A DNA stretch of 64,000 bases. Source: an uncultured Gammaproteobacteria bacterium (lineage in GTDB: Bacteria > Pseudomonadota > Gammaproteobacteria > UBA9214). The position numbers and the translations under genes are program-made. The stretch lies in contig CAVVHS010000006.1 of assembly GCA_963748215.1 (NCBI GenBank), forward strand, positions 32,001 through 96,000. The letters run 5' to 3'. Shown here in pieces: positions 9,612 through 21,705 of this stretch. The first letter of the stretch is position 1; the number at the start of each line of letters is the position of its first letter. The notes under the pieces were generated by a model. The model saw only the letters and a list, made by a program, of their open reading frames with translations, was not told the DNA's origin and searched no databases.

Positions 9612-11766
9612 TCAGTTATTTGCACCATACGGGCTCTTCGTCAGGCGCAGTAATGCCGCAGAACGGCCCTGCAGCGGATAGCTTTCACCGGTATTGAAGG
9701 TGCGGAGGTCAGGGCGTTTCCCGTTCGCATGGCAGGTGTCGATTTCAACATCCCAGCGGGCGATGCCTACATGCCCCGGCATGCGAAACGCAACCGGTTC
9801 CGCAGCGGCGTTGAGCAGCAGCAGGAAGGTATTGTCATGAATCCCGCGACCGTGTTCATCGTGTTCTTCTATCGCGTCGCCGTGCAGCAGAATACCCAGG
9901 CAGTAGGCGTGGAAAAGGTTCCATTCCCTGTCTGCCATTTCCATTCCATCCGGCCGCAACCAGAGGATATCCTTGACGTTTGCCCCCTTGATATGCCGCC
10001 CCTGGAAGAAATAGCGCCGGCGGAACACCGGATGGTCTTTTCTCAGGTGTATGACCCTGCGTACGAACTCCAGAAATTCGCGGTCGTGACTGTCTATATT
10101 CCAGTTGACCCAGCTGATCTCATTGTCCTGGCAATAGGCATTATTGTTACCGTTCTGGGTGCGACCGATTTCGTCGCCCGCCAGCAGCATGGGTACACCC
10201 TGGGAGAGCAGCAGCGTGGTGAGAAAATTACGCTTCTGTTGCCTGCGGGCATTGTTGATGTTCAGGTTTCTGGAAGCGGGGCCTTCCACACCCATGTTCC
10301 AGCTCAGATTGTTGTTTTCACCGTCACTGTTATCTTCCAGGTTGTCGATATTGTGCTTGTCGTTGTAACTGACCAGATCGGTGCAGTGTGAAACCGTCAT
10401 GGCAGGTAACGAAATTGATGCTTGCATACGGGCGGCGACCACTGTGCTCATACAGGTCGCTGGAACCGGTAATGCGGTATGCCAGTTCGCCGATCAGGCT
10501 GCCTTCTCCCTTCCAGTACGCGCGCATACAGTCGCGGTAACGGCTGTTCCATTCCGTCCAGCCGATCGGAAAGTTGCCGACCTGATAACCGCCTTCTCCC
10601 AGGTCCCAGGGTTCGGCAATCAGTTTCACCCGCGACAGCACGGGATCCTGGTGAACGATATCCAGAAACGCGCCGAACCTGTCGACGGCGTGTTGCTCGC
10701 GTGCCAGGGTCGGAGCCAGATCGAAGCGGAAACCGTCAACGTGCATCTCCTGCACCCAGTAACGCAGGCTGTCCATGATCAGCTGCAGCACCCGGGGGTG
10801 CATCATGTTCAGGCTGTTGCCACAGCCGGTGTAGTCCATGTAGTAGCGCGCCTGGTCTGCCACCAGGCGGTAGTAGGCGACGTTGTCGATGCCGCGGAAG
10901 CACAGCGTCGGGCCCATATGGTTGCCCTCCGCAGTATGGTTGTAGACCACATCCAGAATGACTTCGATGCCGTTGGAGTGCAGCCGTTTTACCATGGTCT
11001 TGAACTCATGGATATCACCGCTGGCAGAGTAGGCTGCATGCGGAGCGAAATAACCGATCGTATTGTAACCCCAGTAATTGCCGAGACCTTTTTCCACCAG
11101 AAGCCGGTCGCTGATGAAACTGTGTACCGGCATGAGTTCCACGGCGGTAACGCCCAGCTGTTTGAGGTGGTCGATGACCGGCTCCGTGGCCAGCCCGGCA
11201 TAGGTGCCCCGATAGGGCGGGGGTACATCCGGATGCTGGATGGTGAATCCCTTGACATGCAGTTCATAGATAATAGTGTCATGCCAGGGGGTACACAGCG
11301 GCTGGTCGTCCCCCCAGGTGAAAGCGCTATCGATCACGCGTGACTTGGGAACGCCATGGGCGCTGTTGCGGGGATCGGGAAACAGGTCCTCTGCCTTATC
11401 GCCAATGGTGTAGCCGAACAGTGCGTCATTCCAGCGCACCTGGCCGACGATGTCTTTGGCATACGGATCGAGCAGCAGTTTATTGGGATTGAAGCGGTGA
11501 CCCTGGCGGGGATCGTACGGCCCATGAACCCGATATCCGTAAAGTTGTCCCGGTCTGGCTTCCGGCAGGTAGCAATGCGAGACCTGGTCAGTTTGCCACT
11601 GCATGGGGATGCGGTTCGTCTCGCGGCGACCGCGTTGATCAAACAGGCACAGTTCAACCTTTTCCGCATGTTCGGAAAACAGGGCGAAATTGACGCCTTC
11701 GCCATCCCAGCTGGCACCGAGAGGATAGGGTTGTCCCGGCCAGACAGCGGTTGATGCACCATTCAT
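9612..11766 (-). pseudogene. glgX: Glycogen debranching enzyme, +1 frameshift near 10380
   Basis: GH13 motifs [20 protein letters not shown]; one extra C splits HDGFTLH|[10 protein letters not shown] across two ORFs. Confidence 0.9.
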
Positions 11767-11770
11767 ACAT

Positions 11771-13945
11771 CTATCCCGGCTGCAGAATGACGGCCGCGAG
11801 TGGTGGCAGGGTAAGGCTGATGGAATATGATCTGTTCATCCAGGGGAGTGATTCGGCTATCAGGGTGCTGCCACCATTACCCATATTGCTGCCGGCATAG
11901 TACGCAGAGTCTGAATTGAAGATTTCGCGGTATTCACCGGCCTCCGGTACGCCGATGCGATAGCCATGATGCGGCTGTGGTGTGAAATTGACCACCACAA
12001 CCACAAACTGATTGTCGCTGCGGCGCACGAAGCTGAGTACGGAATTGTCTGCATCATGACAGTCTATCCATTCGAAACCGCGCCAGTCGAACTCGTAATG
12101 ATGCAATGCGGGCAGGTCCTTGTAGAGCTGGTTCAGATGCTTCACCAGGCGTTGCACCCCCTGATGATAGGGATACTCAAGTACATACCAGTCAAGAATC
12201 TGGGCGCTGTTCCATTCCTGTCCCTGACCGAATTCCGTTCCCATGAACAGCAGTTTCTTGCCCGGGTGGCAGAACATGTAGGTATACAGGGCCCGCAGGT
12301 TGGCGAAGCGCTGCCACTCGTCACCGGGCATCTTGTTAAGCATCGATTGTTTGCCATGCACGACTTCATCGTGTGAAAACGGCAGCAGGAAATTCTCGGT
12401 AAAGGCATACAGCATGCTGAAGGTCAGTTTTCCCTGGTGATAGCGCCGGTAGAGTGGATCTTCGCTCATGTATTCCAGTGTGTCGTTCATCCAGCCCATG
12501 TTCCACTTCATGTCGAAGCCCAGGCCGCCGGTCCATGTGGGTCGGCTCACCTGCGGCCAGGATGTCGACTCTTCGGCGATCATTAGGACGCCGGGTTGTT
12601 CATCATGCACCACGATATTGAGTTCACGCAGAAAATCCAGTGCCTCCAGGTTCTCCCGGCCCCCGTACTTGTTGGGGATCCACTGACCTTCTTCCCGCGA
12701 GTAGTCGAGATAGAGGATGGACGCCACAGCATCCACACGAAGGCCGTCGATGTGCAACTCCTGCAGCCAGAATATGGCGCTCGACAGAAGGAAGTTCTTG
12801 ACCTCGTTGCGGCCGAAGTTGTAGATCAGTGTCGACCAGTCGAGATGCTCGCCAAGCCGTGGATCGCCGTGTTCGTAGAGCGCGGTGCCGTCGAACCTGG
12901 CCAGACCATGAGCGTCCTTGGGAAAATGCGCAGGCACCCAGTCGAGCAGCACGCCGATGCCGTTCTGGTGGCATACATCAACGAAAAAGCGAAAGTCGTC
13001 GGCTGTTCCAAAGCGGCTGGTCGGTGCGAAATAACCGGTCGCCTGATAACCCCAGGAAAGATCGTAAGGGTGTTCGGTAACAGGCAATAGTTCGATATGT
13101 GTGAAGCCCATTTCCCTGACATAGTTCACCAGGCTTTCGGCCAGTTGCCGGTAACCGAGAAACTCACCCTCCGGACCGCGCTGCCAGGAACCCGGGTGTA
13201 CCTCATAGACCGACATGGGCGAATGCTGCCAGTCGCGTGACGGCCGCTGTTCCATCCACGCCTGGTCATTCCATACGTAACTGGAAGGGCCGGCAATGAT
13301 CGACGCCGTACGCGGTCTTAATTCAAAGGCCTGTGCGTAGGGGTCCGATTTCAGAAAGATTTCTCCGCTTGCCCGGTTGCGGATCTCGTACTTGTAGAGG
13401 TTACCGGCTTTCAGGTCGGGGATGAACAGCTCCCAGACACCGCTGCCGCCACGCACCCGCATCGGATGCCGTCGACCGTCCCACTGGTTGAATTCACCCA
13501 CCACGCTGACGCGCTCCGCGTTTGGTGCCCATACCGCAAACAGGATGCCGGGAACCTCATCGATTGCATGTACATGAGATCCCAGTATGCGGTAGGCATG
13601 GCGATGCCTGCCTTCGCTGAACAGGTGCAGATCAAAGTCCGGGAGTTGAGGCGGAAAACTGTAGGGGTCATGTGCAATGTGCTCGTGATGCGCGGCATCG
13701 CGCCACACCAGGTGGTAACGATCGGGGACTGTTCCCGGTACGCCGCGCCATTCGAAGATGTCAGTGTCGGGAATGCGTTCCAGGCGTACATTACCTTCGG
13801 CAATCGTAACCTCGTTTGCCTGTGGCAAGTAGGTGCGAACCAGATCAAAGTCCTCTTCGCGGTGTTTGCCGAGCACGCTGAAAGGATCATGGTGGCGTGC
13901 CTGGGCAATTCTTTCGAGATCGTGTGTTAACTTGTTGCTCTGCAT
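11771..13945 (-). CDS. glgB: 1,4-alpha-glucan branching enzyme
   Basis: [57 protein letters not shown]. Confidence 0.97.
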   Translation of the reverse strand: MQSNKLTHDLERIAQARHHDPFSVLGKHREEDFDLVRTYLPQANEVTIAEGNVRLERIPDTDIFEWRGVPGTVPDRYHLVWRDAAHHEHIAHDPYSFPPQLPDFDLHLFSEGRHRHAYRILGSHVHAIDEVPGILFAVWAPNAERVSVVGEFNQWDGRRHPMRVRGGSGVWELFIPDLKAGNLYKYEIRNRASGEIFLKSDPYAQAFELRPRTASIIAGPSSYVWNDQAWMEQRPSRDWQHSPMSVYEVHPGSWQRGPEGEFLGYRQLAESLVNYVREMGFTHIELLPVTEHPYDLSWGYQATGYFAPTSRFGTADDFRFFVDVCHQNGIGVLLDWVPAHFPKDAHGLARFDGTALYEHGDPRLGEHLDWSTLIYNFGRNEVKNFLLSSAIFWLQELHIDGLRVDAVASILYLDYSREEGQWIPNKYGGRENLEALDFLRELNIVVHDEQPGVLMIAEESTSWPQVSRPTWTGGLGFDMKWNMGWMNDTLEYMSEDPLYRRYHQGKLTFSMLYAFTENFLLPFSHDEVVHGKQSMLNKMPGDEWQRFANLRALYTYMFCHPGKKLLFMGTEFGQGQEWNSAQILDWYVLEYPYHQGVQRLVKHLNQLYKDLPALHHYEFDWRGFEWIDCHDADNSVLSFVRRSDNQFVVVVVNFTPQPHHGYRIGVPEAGEYREIFNSDSAYYAGSNMGNGGSTLIAESLPWMNRSYSISLTLPPLAAVILQPG

Positions 13946-14530
13946 TGCAGTCCCTCACTTTTGTTTTGGTGCCGGTAGGCCGGATATTATGGACTTTCCA
14001 TGTATCGGAAAGACGCAAGCCGGCCTGGTAGCAGACTTTGCCTGCCTGTTCATGCTGCGCCATGCGGATGTATCAACGTATTTCTGGTGGAAAAATGCAC
14101 GTCACAACCGGGATGACGGGGTCAGAGAGAAATGAGAATAAAAGCGGTTTGACGCCGACACCCTGAATTTTACCTGTCACGGTTCAGACCACAGGTGGAA
14201 ACCGTCATCACCTTCAGCACCATTCCCGCACATTATGCTTCCCGAATACACATACCACACAACTGTCGTTGGTGATGAATAGTCCTTAATCGCGATCCCT
14301 GCAACCAGCAGCTCCCGGAAGGGTAGTATAATTCAAAGCAGTCTGTAACCTGCATCACCATTCTGAACGGCTGGCAGCGCTGGAAATACGGCGCGGCCCT
14401 CCCCTGCAGGTGGCCGGCATTCACAGCCCTGCCGGTGCGGATGTCTACCTGCATATCGAGGCCGAGGGGTGGCCTGGATCGATATGCAGAAGCGGGCAAA
14501 CCGCCCCTGCACAACAGAATTCGCTATTTT

Positions 14531-16639
14531 ATGAACAAGCAAAGCACCAGGTCATACTCCATCAAGCCCGGCAGCCGCTATCCGGCCGGAGCGACCCCCG
14601 TGCCGGAGGGGATCAATTTCTCGATCTACAGCCGGCACGCCAGCCGCGTCGAGCTGCTGCTTTTCGAGAGTGCCCGCAGCGTGGAACCGTTTCAGGTCAT
14701 CTACCTGGACCCGCGCTTGCACCGCACCTTTTTTTTCTGGCAGGTGCTGGTGGTGGATCTGCCGGTCGGGACGCACTACGCCTGGCGCATTGATGGCCCG
14801 GATGACCTGCACCAGTCGGGTTTTCGCTTTGACCGGGAGAAGGTCCTGCTCGATCCCTATGCCTGCGCCGTCACCGATACCCTGTGGAGCCGCGAGCAGG
14901 CCTCTTTGCCCGGAGATAACCTCAAGACCTCGATGCACGGCGTGGTGGTGGCTGCCGACTATGAATGGGAAGGGGATACGCCGCTCGGTTGCAATAACCC
15001 GGAACAGACCATTATCTACGAGGCGCATGTCGGCGGATTCACCCGCCACCCGGCCTCCGGGGTCCGGCATCCCGGCACCTTCCTCGGTCTGATCGAAAAG
15101 ATTCCTCACCTCCAGTCGCTGGGCATCACGCATGTAGAACTTCTGCCCGTCATGGCGTTTGACGAGCAGGACGTGCCAGCCGGTGTCATGGATCGGGGTC
15201 TGCACAACTACTGGGGCTACAGTACCCACAGTTATTTCAGTCCGCATCCCGGCTACTGCAGCTCGCCGGATGCCGGCTCGCATGTCCGCGAATTCCGCGA
15301 CATGGTCAAGGCCCTGCACCGGGCCGGGATCGGTGTCATCCTCGATGTGGTCTACAACCATACCGCGGAAGGTGGAGCGGGCGGGCCAGTCATCAATTTC
15401 AAGGGTATCGGCAACGAGACCTTCTACCATCTGGATCCCGCGGACCGCGCAAACTACCGCGACTTTACGGGTTGCGGGAATACCGTCAACTGCAATCACC
15501 CGCTGGTGGCGAAGTTCATCCTCGACGGACTCGAGTACTGGGTCAGGGAGATGCACGTGGATGGCTTTCGCTTCGATCTGGCCAGCGTATTGTCGCGCGG
15601 CGAGGACGGCAAGCCGCTCTACCATGCCCCGCTGCTGTGGAATATCGAGTTCTCCAGCCTGCTGGGCCTGACCCGCGTCATCGCCGAGGCCTGGGATGCG
15701 GCGGGGCTCTACCAGGTGGGGGACTTCCCCGGCTACCGCTGGGCTGAATGGAACGGGCGCTACCGGGATGTGATCCGCCGCTTCGTGCGCGGTGACAAGG
15801 GGCTGGTCGGCGAGGTGGCGATGCGAGTGAGCGGCAACAGCGATCTCTACCAGGCGCAGGACCGCCGGCCCATCAACAGCATCAACTTCGTGACCTGTCA
15901 TGACGGCTTCACCCTGCATGACCTGGTGAGCTACAAGCACAAGCACAACGAAGCCAACGGGGAGGAGAACCGTGACGGTACCAACCACAGCCTGAGCTGG
16001 AATTGCGGTGTCGAGGGCGAGACAGAGGATCAGGGTATCCTTGCCCTGCGGCGCTGTCAGGTGAAAAATCTCATGGCCATCCTCCTGCTCAGTCAGGGGA
16101 CGCCCATGCTGCTGGCCGGTGACGAGGTGCTGCGGACCCAGCACGGCAACAACAACACCTGGTGCCAGGACAATGAACTGGGCTGGTTCGACTGGAGCCT
16201 GCTGGAGACGAACCGCGACATGCTGCGCTTCACCCGGCAGATGATCGCGTTCCGCAAGCGCCACGCCTGCCTGATGCACACACGCTTCCTGACCGGGCAG
16301 GGGCGCGAGGGGCACCGCTTTCCCGATATCACCTGGCACGGTGAACAGCTGCACCAGCCGGCCTGGGAGGACAACCAGGCCCAGGTGCTGGCCTGGACGC
16401 TGGGCGCCATTGAATATGATGAAGGGGACCTGCACATCATTCTGAACATGGGGGATGAAGCTCGGCAGATGACACTGCCCGAATGCACCGGCCGGGGCTG
16501 GTACCGTGCAGTGAATACCGCGCTGGTGTCCCCGGACGATGTCCTGGAAGTGTCACGTCAGGTCGAGCACGGGGAGCCGGTCTGCCACGTTTCTCCCCAC
16601 AGCGTGGTGGTATTCGAGTCACGCGCGGCGCGGTCCTGA
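14531..16639 (+). CDS. glgX: Glycogen debranching enzyme/isoamylase, intact second copy
   Basis: [46 protein letters not shown]. Confidence 0.95.
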   Translation: MNKQSTRSYSIKPGSRYPAGATPVPEGINFSIYSRHASRVELLLFESARSVEPFQVIYLDPRLHRTFFFWQVLVVDLPVGTHYAWRIDGPDDLHQSGFRFDREKVLLDPYACAVTDTLWSREQASLPGDNLKTSMHGVVVAADYEWEGDTPLGCNNPEQTIIYEAHVGGFTRHPASGVRHPGTFLGLIEKIPHLQSLGITHVELLPVMAFDEQDVPAGVMDRGLHNYWGYSTHSYFSPHPGYCSSPDAGSHVREFRDMVKALHRAGIGVILDVVYNHTAEGGAGGPVINFKGIGNETFYHLDPADRANYRDFTGCGNTVNCNHPLVAKFILDGLEYWVREMHVDGFRFDLASVLSRGEDGKPLYHAPLLWNIEFSSLLGLTRVIAEAWDAAGLYQVGDFPGYRWAEWNGRYRDVIRRFVRGDKGLVGEVAMRVSGNSDLYQAQDRRPINSINFVTCHDGFTLHDLVSYKHKHNEANGEENRDGTNHSLSWNCGVEGETEDQGILALRRCQVKNLMAILLLSQGTPMLLAGDEVLRTQHGNNNTWCQDNELGWFDWSLLETNRDMLRFTRQMIAFRKRHACLMHTRFLTGQGREGHRFPDITWHGEQLHQPAWEDNQAQVLAWTLGAIEYDEGDLHIILNMGDEARQMTLPECTGRGWYRAVNTALVSPDDVLEVSRQVEHGEPVCHVSPHSVVVFESRAARS

Positions 16640-16819
16640 ACCCTGTCCCTGGCAGATTGATATTCAAGTGAACCTGCAGGTGCTCCCGCGAGCGTCTGAA
16701 ACTATTACCCGTTTTCAGCGAAAGCAACGGCTTGCTGGCGCAAGCTTGCGATAATTCCAGACCCGGAGGAGGGGTGTAAAGACCATGTAAACAAATAGAT
16801 AAGTGTGGTTTGCCAGTCA

Positions 16820-16866
16820 GCGCGGGGTGCAGGTGGCCGGCGCCTCAAATCCTCTCGCCTAGACAA
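16820..16866 (+). other. Degenerate tRNA-Pro(GGG) 3' half (att core B)
   Basis: gcgcggggtgcaggtggccggcgcctcaaatcctctcgcctagacaa aligns with copies A and C. Confidence 0.65.
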
Positions 16867-16889
16867 CATTATATATATCAGAAACTTAT

Positions 16890-17106
16890 TTATATTTTCT
16901 CTAACCAGTCTCCCTCTTCAAAATCGTCAGTGCGGGACTTTTCGTCCGACACCCTGTTTGCGGGCGCAATCAGGTTGTGCAATTCGGCAGCTGAATAGTG
17001 TGTCGTGATCCGTCCCGACTTGTGCCCGAGCAGGTCCTGCCGATCTTCAAACGACACGCCCGCAGCCGGTAATCGCCGGCCAAAGGTGTGTTTGAGGTCG
17101 TTACAC
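16890..17106 (-). pseudogene. C-terminal relic of a tyrosine recombinase (phage-type integrase)
   Basis: DLKHTFGRRLPAAGVSFEDRQDLLGHKSGRITTHYSAAEL: box II with LGH and catalytic Tyr, pointing at the att core. Confidence 0.85.
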
Positions 17107-17268
17107 ACTAGCAGATAGTACGCCAGCCCCCAGCCGGCTGATTCAGATTGCACGACATACGAGATGATACACCCGTTAATGAGGTACCCGGTGCTGATCG
17201 GCAGACACCTGATCCTGGCACTGCCAAGCCAACTGAACCGGTAAAGCTGAAAAAGTGTTCGTACGTAT

Positions 17269-18213
17269 TCAGTCCTTCGCAATTCCAATACATTCACTGA
17301 TCAGAAAGCGTGGACGGTTTCGCGATTCAATCAACACCCTTCCTAAATACTCGCCGAGGACGCCCAGCAATATAAACAGAATGCCAAACAGGAAAGAAAC
17401 TACCGCGACTCCGGATGCCCATCCTGGAACTACTGTATCGGTAAATAATTTGGCATAGATTGCATATACCATCTCGGCAAATGCAAGCAGGCTGGTAAGA
17501 ATCCCGATTATAATGCTGACCCTGAGTGGAACCAGTGAAAACGAAGTCACTCCTGTCCACGCCAGTTTCAGCATCTTCCTGAGACCGTACTTTCCTTTCC
17601 CGCTGAACCGCTGCCCGCACTGGAATTCCAGTTTTGAACTTTGATAGCCTACCCAATGGACGATCCCTCGTAAAAACAGTCCTTCTTCCTTGAACTTAAG
17701 CAATTCATCCAAAACCTGCCTGTCCAGCAATCGAAAATCAGCCATGCCACTTTCCATTTTCACACCACTAAGAAAGGAAAACACCCTGTAAAACAGGGCT
17801 GATGAAGCTCTCTTTAAAACGCCCTGCTCGTTGCCATCAACACGAACCGTATGAACGATCCTGTCGCCAGTCCGCCATCTTTCCAGCATTTCCGGCAGGA
17901 GCTCCGGAGGATGCTGAAGGTCTCCATCCATCGTAACGACCGCTTTCCCGGATGCATGCTGCATTCCCGCGAACAGCGCATATTGATGGCCAAAGTTGCG
18001 TGAAAACCGAATGCCTTTTATACGTTCGTCGTTCCTGTGCAAGGTATCGATTATTTTCCAGCTTGCATCATCACTGCCATCGTCGCAGAAGATTACCTCC
18101 CATTCCACGCCGAGCCGTTCAAGTACAGGGATTAACTCAGAGCACAATTTTTCAATGTTTCCAGCCTCGTTGAAAACCGGAACCACTATCGACAATTCTG
18201 TACCCATATCCAT
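17269..18213 (-). CDS. GT2 polyprenyl-phosphate glycosyltransferase (GtrB/ArnC-like)
   Basis: SIVVPVFNE, DDGSDD, FSRNFGHQ, MDGDLQHPP, DFRLLDR; two C-terminal TMs. Confidence 0.92.
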   Translation of the reverse strand: MDMGTELSIVVPVFNEAGNIEKLCSELIPVLERLGVEWEVIFCDDGSDDASWKIIDTLHRNDERIKGIRFSRNFGHQYALFAGMQHASGKAVVTMDGDLQHPPELLPEMLERWRTGDRIVHTVRVDGNEQGVLKRASSALFYRVFSFLSGVKMESGMADFRLLDRQVLDELLKFKEEGLFLRGIVHWVGYQSSKLEFQCGQRFSGKGKYGLRKMLKLAWTGVTSFSLVPLRVSIIIGILTSLLAFAEMVYAIYAKLFTDTVVPGWASGVAVVSFLFGILFILLGVLGEYLGRVLIESRNRPRFLISECIGIAKD

Positions 18214-18286
18214 AGTCTCTGTTTTCTAGCGCATTTTAATCCGGGCTTGACGGCAATACTCATGGAATAATCAATATAATCGTTGC

Positions 18287-21200
18287 TCAAGGTCGCTCGC
18301 CTTCCACTTTCGCCTTGTGTTCTTTTAGCCTGTCTCCGGCGTACTCGGCCCAAGGAGTCCCGGGATGCCGCGCCCGCAGCTGTTGCATTTGACGGTTCCC
18401 CTGGCTCTCCTGTCCGGTTCGATACAGACACAGGCCAATATGATATTCGACTTCCGGTATCCAGTTACTCGTGGGGTAGCGCAGGATCAGGTCTTCAAAA
18501 GCAGCAATCGCATCCTGGTCCCTCTGCTCCAGATAATACGTGATGCCGATGTAGTAGGCGGCATTCTGTGCGAGGTCTGATGCACCCAGTTCCTCCTTGG
18601 CCAAATGGAAACCCTTTCTGGCCTCGTCAAAGCGCTTTTCATCTTTCAAATGGATCGCATTGTTATAGATGCGGTTGGGGTTGGAGTGATAGGTCACATA
18701 GGAAAATGTGGCTATCGCCACCCCCGCGATTATCATCGTAACGATGAGCATCAGCCATCGAGTCCGGATGTCTGGATCGAACTCTATCCGTGGCACCAGA
18801 GAAGGGCGGACGTGCATGTAGGCCGCGATCGATTGCCAGATCGTACCGCCTTGCCGCCAGCCCAGCGGGATATTGATAAGCAGAACAATCAAACCGGTAA
18901 CAGTCAGAACCTGGCCAATCCTGTCCCACAATCCCGGTCCGTAATACAGGCGCACATGGCGCTGCTCGGGATAAATCAACATGAACGACGGCGACGTCAT
19001 ATAGATACGATCCGCGCCGTCCACATGCCAATTCGGGTGATAGGACATCTTCACCATCAGCGGCTTGCCGATGCAATCAGTCTCAATCCTGATTTCCTGA
19101 TTTTCGATGCGTTCCTGAACAGTACAATTCCCGGTCTCAACGGGTATTCGGGGAAGAGCAGCCAACTCTCTGGTCAAAGCCGTGAACGGCGGGAATGCAC
19201 CGGTCATATCTTCTTCAACGAAAACCAGAGGTATCTGAAGCTGTGAATCATCCACGAACCATCGATGGGAATCCTCCTTCCATGAAGCCGTCGGAAATAG
19301 CACCGGCTCATAGTTCAGCACTTCCACGTAGCGGTTGCGATTCGTGGTCAGTTCCCACAATTCATACTCCCCGATGGTATCTCTCAATGCATACCCTTCC
19401 GACAGGCGAATCGCCTTTTTGGCGTGATCACTGCGGATAATCAGATCCCGGACATTGAACAGCTCGAGACGCGGCCTGGCGCGATCGAAATCCAGGCTGC
19501 TGTACGAGTACTGCGGAAACGGCACGGACTTCTGCCGGGAAATCTGCGACTGGATATAAAACACAAAAGGAGCGCTGATGGAGGCCTGCATGTAAAGACC
19601 TTCCAGAGTGGCCCGACCGGAGAACAGCGGCAAAGACTCGAAGGCCCGGCTGGAACCGAAGCTATTGTGAAGCTCGGAATGCTCGAAGACCACCCGCGGA
19701 TCGTTGAAGTCACCTTTCAGTTTCAGGTTGATCTGCTCAAATACGGGCCACGCGGACTTGGCTTCAAACCCCTCATAGTTCCACTTTGCCCAATCCGAAA
19801 CCGGTCCGGGTTGACTCCCGGTCCAGACAATCGCCGCCACCAGAATTGCCGGCAGCAAGACCCAATCGATTTTCCAGCGTTGCAGAAACCGGCCCAGCCA
19901 ACCCAGCGACATGGCAGCAAGCAGCGTTCCGATCAGGTGCCCATAGGGTACATAACGTATATCCACCACACCAAGCCTGGGTGCCGCAACAAAAAATACC
20001 ACGCACATTGCCAGGCCAAACCAGAGATAACCCAGCATTGGCAAAGCTTCCTTGCCAATCTGCGCGTGATCACGAATTCCCCAGATCAGCACGCCCAAAC
20101 TGCCGACAGCCGCTGCCAGCAATACAGGAAGCAGAATTGGCGGGAATACTTCCTGTATGGAATATATCGTCCAGACAAGGTCATAGGACGTTGTGTACTT
20201 TGTAAATACCAGTAACGGCACTATCCAGAATGCCAGCAGGCAGAAAGCCAGCGAGTACACCTTTCCCAGGTAAAACAGCCGCTCGATAAAGCCCCTTAGC
20301 GTGATCAGCAAATACAAAGACATGGCCTCGGCAAACAACAGCGTATAACCGTGGCTAAACCCTACCAGAAAGACCAGAATCGCATTTGCAACCACGTGGC
20401 GATGCCTGCGAGCGCCGCTGTACAGGCTGCCCAGCAAGACAAGCGAAAGCGCCATGCTGAGACCGTAGGAAAACTCGCCGGCGAAACTGCTGAGAATGTT
20501 ACCGCCCCACATGGAGTGTGAGGTGTTGAACAAAAACGGAAGCGTCAGGGCTGCCGCTATACCAGGCCCGGGAAACGGACAGCGCATGAGACGCATCATC
20601 CAGTAGGCACAAACCGGCAATAACATTATTCCCGCTACCGACCCAAGCTTGAAGGCTACCTGTAACGAAATAATGCCGTTAAGCAGCGTCATGAAAAGAA
20701 AATCGAGGGGAAAATAAAACTGGAGAATCGGGAAACCCGCGTAGTTACCGGGCGTCCACCCGCTCACCTGTCCGGCGGGCAGCAATACATCCCGAAGATA
20801 CTGTAGCGTATAGTAATGAGAGGCAGTATCTCCGCCGGTGGTAATGGTGTTTGTAAACAGGTACTCCGGATTTATCCTCGAGAAAATAAATATCTCCACT
20901 GCCAGCAGCGTGACGAGGTCAAGCAGAAGGCGGGGATCTTCCAGTTGCCGCCATCCCTTCAGGATCGATGTTCTCGCCTGTCGTGACAGCAACAAAACTC
21001 CCGCAGCCGTGCCAGCCATAAGCAGCCACAACCAGTGAGGACGGTGAAATACACTTCCACTATCCAGTCCTTGCGGCCAATCCACTGTAATTCTGGCTAC
21101 GTAAGTGCCACCACCGGCTTCTTCCCTGGCTGAAAAAGAAAGCGTCCGCGCATCCAGCCACTTCCCTTTCGGGTTATAGATACGAAATTTCGTTGCTTCC

Positions 21201-21502
21201 TGTTTCGTCTGGCGCAAACGCACCGTCTGCCGGGCCGGTTGAATAACCATCCCCTTGGGCCCGTGCCCGATGATCGTAACCGTATCTACCGAGGGTTTAG
21301 TTGCACTGACCGTGATCGAGACGTCTGCCCAGTGCTGATTACGCCCGGGAATGACCGATGATACTTCCATCGCAAATGGCTGATCCGGTGCCGTCAGACC
21401 GGGCATAGCTGTTTGCGCGGCGCAAACAGGCTGGCACAACCACAGCAGCAAAAATAACAGCAGTCCGGACTGCTTGCCGAGTCTCGAGTCAACGGTTGTC
21501 AT
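18287..21502 (-). CDS. Large multi-TM protein, PTPS-related/YfhO-like (probable GT-C glycosyltransferase) with C-terminal TPR
   Basis: TTGGDTASH, GFPILQFYFP, AGEFSYGLS, WAKWNYEGFE, KMSYHPNWHVDG; many TMs; TPR YYIGITYY/YHIGLCLY. Confidence 0.75.
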   Translation of the reverse strand: MTTVDSRLGKQSGLLLFLLLWLCQPVCAAQTAMPGLTAPDQPFAMEVSSVIPGRNQHWADVSITVSATKPSVDTVTIIGHGPKGMVIQPARQTVRLRQTKQEATKFRIYNPKGKWLDARTLSFSAREEAGGGTYVARITVDWPQGLDSGSVFHRPHWLWLLMAGTAAGVLLLSRQARTSILKGWRQLEDPRLLLDLVTLLAVEIFIFSRINPEYLFTNTITTGGDTASHYYTLQYLRDVLLPAGQVSGWTPGNYAGFPILQFYFPLDFLFMTLLNGIISLQVAFKLGSVAGIMLLPVCAYWMMRLMRCPFPGPGIAAALTLPFLFNTSHSMWGGNILSSFAGEFSYGLSMALSLVLLGSLYSGARRHRHVVANAILVFLVGFSHGYTLLFAEAMSLYLLITLRGFIERLFYLGKVYSLAFCLLAFWIVPLLVFTKYTTSYDLVWTIYSIQEVFPPILLPVLLAAAVGSLGVLIWGIRDHAQIGKEALPMLGYLWFGLAMCVVFFVAAPRLGVVDIRYVPYGHLIGTLLAAMSLGWLGRFLQRWKIDWVLLPAILVAAIVWTGSQPGPVSDWAKWNYEGFEAKSAWPVFEQINLKLKGDFNDPRVVFEHSELHNSFGSSRAFESLPLFSGRATLEGLYMQASISAPFVFYIQSQISRQKSVPFPQYSYSSLDFDRARPRLELFNVRDLIIRSDHAKKAIRLSEGYALRDTIGEYELWELTTNRNRYVEVLNYEPVLFPTASWKEDSHRWFVDDSQLQIPLVFVEEDMTGAFPPFTALTRELAALPRIPVETGNCTVQERIENQEIRIETDCIGKPLMVKMSYHPNWHVDGADRIYMTSPSFMLIYPEQRHVRLYYGPGLWDRIGQVLTVTGLIVLLINIPLGWRQGGTIWQSIAAYMHVRPSLVPRIEFDPDIRTRWLMLIVTMIIAGVAIATFSYVTYHSNPNRIYNNAIHLKDEKRFDEARKGFHLAKEELGASDLAQNAAYYIGITYYLEQRDQDAIAAFEDLILRYPTSNWIPEVEYHIGLCLYRTGQESQGNRQMQQLRARHPGTPWAEYAGDRLKEHKAKVEGERP

Positions 21503-21705
21503 GGTCAGTATTTCAGGATCCTGGCAACAGCATGCCGGCGTGGTCTGACAATCATGACGTAAGGTTCACACATGCACATTTAACTGCCAGGATCTGTCTC
21601 CCGGACCGCCCGGTTACCACTCTTGTTACCGGCAACGATAACCTGCGTAAAGTACAAACACCACCCGGGAAAAGGCTCTGCAACACAACGGCAATAATAG
21701 CGTGA

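Noticed and set aside
10370-10390. Programmed frameshift in glgX
   Set aside because: No slippery heptamer seen; a single-base insertion or read error is simpler.
14230-14385. Possible further rve-transposase 3' relic (NLHHHSERLAA resembles GGLHHxYxRxA)
   Set aside because: Too degenerate to call by eye.
14552-16435. Long antisense ORFs over glgX (also over glgB, dmsA and the MBL gene)
   Set aside because: Expected shadows of GC-rich codon usage.
17108-17297. Possible GtrA-like relic after the GT2 gene (QLYRFSWLG)
   Set aside because: Only a few residues of resemblance; the ORF is a chimera with the integrase relic.
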